The notes under the pieces are model-generated. The model saw only the letters and a program-made list of their open reading frames with translations, was not told the origin of the DNA and searched no databases. The position numbers and the translations under genes were made by a program. A stretch of 60,136 nucleotides of DNA, filler included, from Sphacelaria rigidula (Eukaryota): assembly GCA_964200075.2 (NCBI GenBank). It is 10 parts of 10 records of this genome, joined end to end, with 100 filler letters (N's around TTAATTAATTAA, not from the genome) between each part and the next. Parts side by side here need not be neighbours in the genome. Positions count along the whole stretch, not along the records: positions 48,191 to 54,113 come from CAXNAA020023456.1; positions 54,214 to 60,136 come from CAXNAA020023457.1; 8 more parts are not named here. One strand, 5' to 3'. This document shows, piece after piece, positions 51,505 to 60,136 of the stretch. The stretch's first letter is position 1, and every line of letters begins with the position of its first letter.

Positions 51505-52640
51505 TGCGAGGTGGGCCAGCCAAGAAACGGATTTAACCCTCAGACCGCGAGATTAATCTTCTGGATCGCGCATATTTTTTTTTCACTTGAAATTGATGCC
51601 GATTCAACAGAAGACTAACCTCGCGGTCTAGGGGTTAAGCTCTCAAAGCAATATCTCATCGACACAAATGAGTTGGGCCATGATCCGCATGTCGTATAAA
51701 TCGTCTGATGAAGGGAAAGGTGCCCATCTGCTCAAAAGTCTGGGCCAATATTTTTTCGTTGATTAAATCCCATGTCTAATAATTCCTACGAGTATACCTA
51801 ACGGAGATAGCGTCCACACTAAAATATGTATGAAACCCCCGATCGATGCATTCCGCCGATGACGACGATTTTTGGTGTGGACATCCCCTAGAGCACGGGG
51901 AGACGATAGATACCCTCACCTTCACCTAATCCGTTATTTCTCTCCAGGTATAGCGCACATAACTTCTTACTAAAATCAATATATTACGACCAAAGGCACA
52001 AGATGAACTAAATCTGGATATCGCGTCTCCGTTTTTGAGAGCTATGGTATGAAATTTCGTGTGGAGAACCGCTAGTGAATAATAAAGCTAGAAGAAACAG
52101 CTTTTTGATTTTTTTCCGCTGTTGGAGCAGTTTAGAGGAGAAATGTACACTGGTCTTGGGCCTTATCTCATTTTTTAGCTCATTTATTAGAAATGTGATT
52201 TGAAACTCAGCGTAGAGAAGGACAGAGGTGTGCTAAATAATTGAAAAAAATGGGCCTTCATTTTGGGGGGGGGAGATGTTCGGGTGTTCTCGTAAAAAAA
52301 TGGTGGTTTCCATTCTAAAACGCCCTAAACCAGTAAAAGAAAAAATCAACGTGACCCGCTTTGTTTCGTTAATTATGCCCTAGGGAGGGCCCACACAAAG
52401 TTTCAATACACGAAAATCGAACGTGGCCGGTGAGTGACCTGCGAAATACTGTTCCGAATTTCTTCTGACCATGTCACTAAACGGTCCATTAACCGTTTGA
52501 TATATAGAAATGGACCCTGAAATTTGGTATGCACAATAAACAGGGCATGGTAAAACAAATACCAGTGCACACATTTCCACCCCCCCCCATTCATTAAGGG
52601 CAATAATCAGTGTATCAGTACAATGCCCTTAACTCACGAA
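51505..52640 (-). mobile_element. Second copy of the 9779-10590 non-autonomous DNA transposon
   Basis: Colinear reverse-complement homology (e.g. ggaccctgaaatttggtatg, gagcagatgggcacctt, ggcccaactc); carries a nested TTAA MITE. Confidence 0.75.
51537..51634. mobile_element. 98-bp TTAA MITE nested in a larger element
   Basis: TTAA duplication; the homologous empty site gagc-TTAA-atccg is at ~10557-10569. Confidence 0.9.
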
Positions 52641-55600
52641 AAACAAAACCTCGTGTGCATCACGTCGAATATAAGCCGGGATAAGGGTGTACATGGGCGC
52701 TCGTACCAAGCTGTATATCTCGCGTGTCGGGATATGGCCGCGGGAACGTGTCTAGAATCGGCAGAACATCTAATGCCCATTAATTAAGGGCAGCGTATTC
52801 ATTCGCCACGTGCTGTAGATGTGGCTTGTGTGGATGTGGTTGGGTGAGAAGTGGTTCGCTTTTTGTTGTTGTGCTGAGGTGTGCGGCGCAATTCCTCTCA
52901 TTCTCGATCAGGCGGGCTTACCACGGTTCGTATAATAGCCCAAATTCGTACAGGGTAGTTGACACATTTTGGGAATAGCCCTAACCCTAACCATAACGTA
53001 TCCGAAGCATACCGAGAACCCTCGGGCAAGGGGGGGCTCAACGGGTGCCGTAGGCGAAGTGTGCGTTGGTAGACCTCAGATCATTGTCGCCCCCCCTAGA
53101 AGATCCGAATATCGGGTAAAGTCTGCCGTCCCCGACAGCCATCTGTATCGAACACAAGGTCAAACACACACGAGCAGCGGGCATTAAACGGCAGCGATGA
53201 GCTTGTCGTCCTTATCAACCCCTGTGTCAGGTGGTACAGATGTAGCGGGGGGTATCTATCTATCACCCCAACTTTACTGATCCCTCCAGTAGTTTCTCAC
53301 AACTTAATAGTGAGTGGACAATGACAAGTAAGCTGCACCAGCCTCACTCAATGATGACAAAATGTTGCTGCACGCCAGTTGGCCAATATATTCCCTATAT
53401 GCGTGATTTCTGTTATACGCCCCACGTCCTTCCTCCTTGTGTCGATGTAACGCCTACAAAATCGTACTCCGAAAACTTGCGGGACTGTCAGGGGACAAGA
53501 AAAAATCGGAACATATAACAAACCAGGGCGTTGACTAACCCCTCGACCGGCCTGGTGTATCCATCTGTTGGGTCGTTATCATTTTCACTTGAAAATGATG
53601 AAAATGATTTCTACACTCAGAGGGTCGACCTGCAGGCGCTCAAGGGGTTGGGACTTCGAACACCCAATACTTTCTGTTCTAAGAACCCGGCCTGACAGTC
53701 TCGTGAACATTTGGAGTATGGTAATTGTACGCGATAGAGGCTCTTTTTGTGACATCTGGGCACTGGTTCATGAACAAAGGAATTTTTTTCTCATCTTGAA
53801 GTATTGGCAGGTGTAGCAGATCTTGTTCATCGTTGAGCGCGCGGGTTGAAGACTGGTGTTTTTATCACACTTTGTTTCGTGCGTGCCCATAGCATATGTG
53901 GTGGTGACATGATCGCTGCTCATGGTCTCCCCCTACGCAGCATTACGAATGCGATTTGTACTGTACTGTACCCGACTACAACACGGATAAATACGTGCGT
54001 TTGGCAACGACCTGCCCCCCCCCCCCTGGAGAGGGGATAGGGAGTAAAGCATATTCGCATGGCCCAACGGACGCTGCGAAAATTCTGAAATTGCGATTTC
54101 GGGTGGGGGACCTNNNNNNNNNNNNNNNNNNNNNNNNNNNNNNNNNNNNNNNNNNNNTTAATTAATTAANNNNNNNNNNNNNNNNNNNNNNNNNNNNNNN
54201 NNNNNNNNNNNNNTATAAGAGCATGGGCCTGCAAACTTCAAATCCGCCTCTAGGCTGGCCCAGCTCGTATAAGCAATGATACGTTCCAGTTGTAAAATGA
54301 CGCGCACGCGGCTGCCGTTACTCCAATGCTGAGCAGATTCCGTCAAACGAACACCGCGTGAGCTAGGAAGGACTAGCGCTTGAGCTCATGCGCGTCCACG
54401 GTTGATGCTTGTCCGTGTTTTTTCGGAGTTCGATGTGTAGGTGAAGGACCACCGAGATGTTGAGTCAACGACCAACGAACGCCGTGTATTGAATCTCATC
54501 TACAGATTTAGACGAATGCAATCAAAGGGTAGGATTCGACAGCACCCTTTCTCCCCTCCCCGATGATGTCATGAGCATATCTCCCCCAAAACCCTCACCT
54601 GGGGTGTGTGTGTGTGTTATTTGATCCTGTGACCGATTGCGAGCGGACTACGTGATCCTTGTGAATGCATGAGAGGTATCGTGAAAACATCGGAACCTTC
54701 ACTATGTACCCCTAGAATAGTCAGGAGCACCACCGTTTTTTTCAACAGGACCCAGCGTTGGATTCCACTCCCGGGTGTGGTTACCTCCCTCTCCCTGGAC
54801 AGATGGCTCAACCTCCACATGAGATATCAGCAAAAAAATCAAGGTGTTTTCAGTGTAGTCGTACGTGCCACGCAGTACATTTTTTACTCTTGATGAGGTG
54901 TCGAATGTACTGAAACAGCCGAAACAGAAGCGGGGCAACACTAGCCGGCAAGTTCTTCTAAAAATGAAGTGGGTTGTTCAGGACCCGTCCGTCCAAGTGC
55001 TGACACTTCAATTCGCGTTTGCGAAGCCTGACTTTACCCAACTTGGACAAAAGTTATGTCTAAAATACCCCACTCATCCGACAGCGTAGATGCGATTTTC
55101 CCAGTTGCCTTTTGTGACAACGGGTCTATATTACCTGTACTAGCGATGTCGGGTGTTTTTGGTCATTTTTCAGCGGACGAAGGGCTAGTATCGCAATGGA
55201 CACCTCGAAGTCGGCGTCTCCACCAAATTCCAGCCGAACACATATTTTTCCTCGAGTTGGGTCGGAATTGGGCCCGCGAGACTTTGACCCGGATTACCGC
55301 GGAATTGCCCTGTGGCTCCCTCAGTATGGTGGCGCCACGCCTTGTGTAGTCGGGTGCTGGGTGACTGCCCTTGACGGGGTCTGGCGCTGTGAAAGCAGCA
55401 TTTGTTGGTCACCAGCAGTCACTGGTACGCTTCTCCTCTCCTGTCCTGCACAAGCTGGGCAAGAAATCGGGGGTCGCCAATATCAACACGCGCCAGGTCA
55501 ATATTCCGCGTGGGCACCTGATATTTTGATGTGTGACTTGCACGTGACGCGTCCTCACATTCGAAGCTGGTCCGTGTGTTTTTTTCGCCGACTTGATCCG

Positions 55601-56395
55601 ATTTTCCGCCCAGCTTGCTCCACTAACCATCAACTCTCTGTCGCTTGGCAGCGCCTCTCTATTGTCGGTGCACGAGGCGATACTCGTGTACAGAAACCCG
55701 CGACCTCACTGGCATACGGCACCACATGTGGACAAATGTGGATGTGAACCCTTCAGCACCTACCCGTCAGTTCACCAACAGTTGGCCGGGTTTTTTTGGA
55801 GGGAGGGGGCGTACTCATTTGTTGCTTGCCTTCGTCGTTTGACCATTGACCACGCATCTCTTTCGAGACGAAGCACCGTTGTGTACCCCTGAGCATGCAT
55901 GCCATAGTCATAGGACCGTTGACCTCGCATTTTTTTTTGGGGGGGGGATGCTTGTTTTTGGTGGAACGATAAGGCCTGCACACATGGTCACATGTGCATG
56001 AACCACGATCAGCAGCACGCTGCCATCTCGGGACAGTAAACATTCCAACAGTACATTAGCGGTGATGATGCCAAGAGTAGTACATGTGTGAGGACATGCG
56101 TGTACTTTCTGTGTTCTGTAAGCTAGGGTCTACAGGTTTACAACTAACGTTCACCCCAAAGGCGTGTGTGTAAAACAGCAAAGTTCGTATCTTGCAAATA
56201 ATGAAATGCATGGGAAGTCGATGAAACACAGGAACACCTTGAATTCTTCCCCAAATTCGACCGTCTTCTGACATGCTCCTTGTGGACATGAGTGGAACGC
56301 TAGAGGTGGTTACGGACGAGCTGTACCTGCCGTCTGCAGGAGAATTAAGCTAAGACGAAAAGTTTTAGCATTTTCATCCCCCCCCTCCCATGAAA

Positions 56396-56766
56396 TACGT
56401 CATGTTGTGCGGCGTGGGAGAACCTCAACTCCGAACAATGCGGATGTACCACGGAGTGTTTAAATGGTGAGGCACCCATGAGGCAGTGTAAAAGCCGTGA
56501 CTGTCTCAGGAAGTGGCGTACCAGAAAATAAAGAAACTCATTGTAGGCTGTCATCCACATGCAAGATACTCAGTAGGCTTCGGGCGGAACCATCTTAGCA
56601 GGATGCAGCTCACTCGTCATGCGACTCGCCGAACGCACCACGGCGCTTCGCGCTTGGTGATCGAGTGCAAGCCTGGCCCCGCGAAAACCCGGCGTGCTCC
56701 GTCCCGACTTTGTAGGGATATGAGGCCAATAGCCTTATGACTATGGCATGCATGATCATGAGTACA
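56396..56766 (+). mobile_element. Retroposon family B copy with a C-rich target-site duplication
   Basis: 5' flank cccccccctcccatgaaa, 3' flank ccccccccctccatgcaa. Confidence 0.75.
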
Positions 56767-56846
56767 CCCCCCCCCTCCATGCAACAGGGGCGAAGTATAG
56801 CAGTTTTCTGGACAAATGATTTCTTCGGCCATTCGGTCACGTGGAA

Positions 56847-57280
56847 CAGGGGATTTTACAAATTGGGGATGGATTTTTTATTGGGAATGAAAACCCGGAT
56901 AATGAAAATCTTCGTATTCACACCAAATATTCGAAACATGGTTCCATTTCTTCACTTGCTGGTGGCTATTGACAACTACCACACGCCATACAAATTTGGA
57001 TTTCGATAACCGAAATGTCGGGGTGCTAGGTGAAAAACCAATGTTGGCGTCCGATCGGATCTAAATCTATCTAAATCCCTCAAAATTGGTTTCGCACCCA
57101 GGACCCCGACATTTTGATTGTCGAAATCCAAATTTGTATGGCGGGTGGTAGTTGTCAATAGCTACCAGCAAGTGAAGAAATGGAACCATGTTTCGAAGAT
57201 TTGGTGTGGATACGAAGATTTCAATTCTCCGGGTTCTAATCCCCAATAAATAACCCATCTCCAATTTGTAAAATCCCGTG
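56847..57280. mobile_element. Foldback MITE with ~195-bp inverted arms
   Basis: ~56847-57040 is the near-exact reverse complement of ~57087-57280 (e.g. ttcgaaacatggttccatttcttcacttgctgg). Confidence 0.85.
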
Positions 57281-58001
57281 TAAGCAACAGCTGTTGAAAA
57301 ATAAATGATTTCAACTTGAAAAGTAAAGGAATGCATCAAAACGAAGAAGGGTCGGACACGGTCAAGGGTTCATACAAGCTCAACTACCCTGACTTACGGG
57401 ACGGAGGAAAGATGAAGGTTCCAACACAGCTAGTGTTGCTCTGCAGCAGAATGGCGTGGCGTGGCGTACTTGATCGGAGGTGAACTTGCCGAACGCGGCG
57501 CGTACGGGTTCTTAAAGCGTTTCACATTTTCTCCACGCCAATTAAAGAGCTGGACGAGCGCAAGCTGATACAAACACAAGAAACGCGCATAGCGCCGCAG
57601 CGGTGAGCTAGTCCTTCTCACGAATCTCTGTTGCCCAGGAGGGCGCTCTTGGTGTTGGAAGTCAGGAAAGGCGATGGACGGCCTCGGTCGCCTCTTTGCG
57701 CTTTAAACGTCTATGCATGAACACGAGAGAACCCCAGCCTGCCCGCTGAACCATGATGAACCTAGACTGCCGTAATCATCGTGGTAAAACTCGTGAGAAA
57801 CGTGCCTACCCGGCCAACTGGCGGCGAAACACATCTATTGCACACTACACCTTCAATATCCAAAACCAAGAAACGTCGTGACTATTCAAGAGCAGATTTT
57901 CTCAACAGGAGTAGTTTTTCTTCATAGATTGCTCTGCTTTGCATCGCGCTTCCAATTTCCTCTTTTTCTTTTCCTTTGTCATGCTGTAAAAGGAGCATAA
58001 T

Positions 58002-58531
58002 GAGAAACGCGCCTGCCACACACAGGGCGAATAATATATATATCTATCCGCACCGGACTGGATTTGGACATAGCTTTTGTCAAAAACGCGACTTACGCAA
58101 GTTGGACATAAGCTGTGTTGTCTGGAGGCATGGGAGCACGTAATCATGTGCTGCTGCACAGTACCAAAAAATACCGCTTACCGACTTGAGGTGGACATGA
58201 ACTTTGTCCAAGTCGCAAGTTGGACATAGCCAATGTCCACCTCCAAGGATTGGAATACCTCTCCGCGCTCGTACCATGTGCCTTGCATCGACACCACAGG
58301 AGCTGCAATACACTCACACATCCCGTAGCCACCGTTCAAGCCATCGTGGGGTGCAAACGGCCTGGTAGCGCAGGAGAAACGCGCCTGCCACACATAGAGC
58401 CATATATATATATATATATATATATATCTGCACCGGACTGGACTTGGACATAGCTTTTGTCAAGAACGCGACTTAGGCAAGTTGCACATAAGCTATGTTG
58501 GCTGGAGGCATGGGAGCACGTAATCATGTGC
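58002..58531. repeat. Direct duplication of ~150 bp spaced ~375 bp apart
   Basis: gagaaacgcgcctgccacaca...gcaccggactgga..tggacatagcttttgtcaa...ggaggcatgggagcacgtaatcatgtgc occurs twice. Confidence 0.85.
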
Positions 58532-58769
58532 TTGCGATTGATAGCGGTCGCGCTGCAGACAAGAATGCCAACAGGTGATTGCCGCTAGTACGTTTTACCC
58601 GCATTGTTCCGCGATGCACTGAGGGTTTAGACAGCTTGATTAGCATGTATCCATTGTACAGACAGTGTTCAATAAACTAGAAATGTGCTGCGATTAGCAC
58701 GTCTCATGTGCCTTGCATCGACACCCAACAAGAAGAAGCAATAGCGGCAGTATCAGCAGCATCGTTCCT

Positions 58770-59302
58770 GCCAGTAGATGTACGCGGCTGGGGGTGGGTC
58801 TGAATCAGCCGGTGCCGATACTGCTGCTGTTGCTGCCGTTTTCCTTATGGGAGAGACGGTCCGCGTTTCGATCGTGCTACAACGCCCCCGCACCTTGCGC
58901 GTGATAGCCACCGTGCTGGAAGGCGCTAGTCCGTACTACCCGCTGATGAGTCTATGCTTCCCCACTAGGCTAAGTGCTGGGAGATATAGCTGTGGGCATC
59001 TCTGTGTGCGAGCTGTGCACGTCGGGTGTGTCTCGCACGCGTGGCTACTGCTGGTGATGGGAATAAAGTCAGCGTCCAGTACAGGGGAAAACAGGTGATA
59101 TGTACTCGTACTGAAAATGCTATGGGGGTAACAACACGGAAACAGATCAGTCAATTTCAAATAGGGGGAGGCAATAACGCGACAGGTGCATGGGTATTGT
59201 CGTGCGTCCAAACGCGCACCGCCTCCCGCACGAGAAGCAGCACATTTATTGCCAGTAAATGTACGCGGCTGGGGGTGGGTCTAAATCAACTGGTGGTGGT
59301 GG

Positions 59303-59333
<31 letters not shown>

Positions 59334-59525
59334 CATCGTAGACGGTCCACCGGGCGTGGCGCTTAACCTGCAACAGGTCCGCGTTTCGACCGTGCGACAA
59401 CACCCACGCGCCTTGCGAGTGATGGCCACCGTGCTGGACAGCGCTGGTACGTACTACCCGCCGATGGGTCCATGCTCGCTTACTCGGCGAAGTTCTAAAA
59501 GATATAGCTGTGCGCATCTACTCTG
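58770..59525. repeat. Direct duplication of ~240 bp spaced ~480 bp apart, with a (CTG)n expansion in the second copy
   Basis: gccagta(g/a)atgtacgcggctgggggtgggtct...ggtccgcgtttcga...gccaccgtgctgga...gtactacccgc occurs twice. Confidence 0.8.
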
Positions 59526-60136
59526 TACTGCTATGTATACTGTAGAATTCCTGTTTTTCAAAGGTAGGGATTAAAGTATGTGGGAGGGGACACGTTTCGG
59601 ACAGTTGTTCGAAAAGTTCTGCTTGTTATTTGAAAAGTTCTAATTTTTTTCAAGTTCTGATTGGTTCTAAAAATATATCTTGAAAAAAACGAGCCAGTTT
59701 TCTCTCACAGAAATCCAATGCCGAATCTGAAATAGCCTGAGACAACTACCAATTTGAAAATTGCAACATATTTTGAATCGTCCATTCGGAGTTGGTGTTT
59801 GGCTAAACACACGGCTACTGCGCAATGAATTTGACGTCAAGGCAAGAAAAACTGTACGAGGCTTTCGAGTTTATCCACCAAACTTTGTAAATGTCTTCCT
59901 TGGACTCTCCCGGGACGCATCATTTAATTATTTTTCTTTTAGGGCATTCTGTACCGCCTTCCAGGGGTCTTCATGCTGGGACCCCCGGAAGCCGACAGAA
60001 AAACGGAGAAACCATGATATATTGTCAAGATTTTTTTTTTTCCATTTTGAGCATCAATACCTACGGAACTGCCGGGTTTGAGGGCGATCTGAGCTTTTCT
60101 ACAACAGATATAGGGGACACCGTCACGAGGCTCCCT

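Noticed and set aside
52978..52992. Telomere-like ccctaaccctaacc
   Set aside because: Only about two units and internal to the contig.
5925..54213. Regular ~6,024-bp periodicity of TTAATTAATTAA flanked by Ns
   Set aside because: Artificial spacers between length-sorted contigs; not biological.
54600..55750. Overlapping short ORFs suggesting a decayed gene
   Set aside because: No motif recognised; insufficient evidence to call.

Overview
This is not one contiguous locus. It is ten unrelated draft-assembly contigs of 5,923-5,924 bp, ordered by length and joined by artificial 100-bp spacers (N44-TTAATTAATTAA-N44), so adjacency across spacers means nothing. The DNA is eukaryotic, intron-rich and repeat-rich. 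Its gene structure and repeat families are consistent with a brown alga or other stramenopile (my inference). Supported gene fragments, all minus strand with GT-AG introns and compatible phases: three exons of a leucine-rich-repeat protein (contig 3), two exons of an endonuclease III/NTH1 DNA glycosylase (contig 5), two or three exons of an unidentified gene (contig 6), and the last four exons of an AFG1/ZapE-like ATPase that splices in frame into a C-terminal EF-hand pair (contig 8). Mobile DNA includes two decayed Ty1/copia elements, many 5'-truncated LINE 3' ends, tRNA-derived SINE-like heads, and several MITE families, some TTAA-flanked with an empty site in the window. The most notable observations are: (1) two retroelement families sharing a ~55-nt 3' end whose copies sit in C-homopolymer tracts, some with C-rich target duplications, suggesting a poly(C)-targeting LINE with a non-autonomous partner; (2) the AFG1-EF-hand fusion; (3) a palindromic array of tRNA-like heads.
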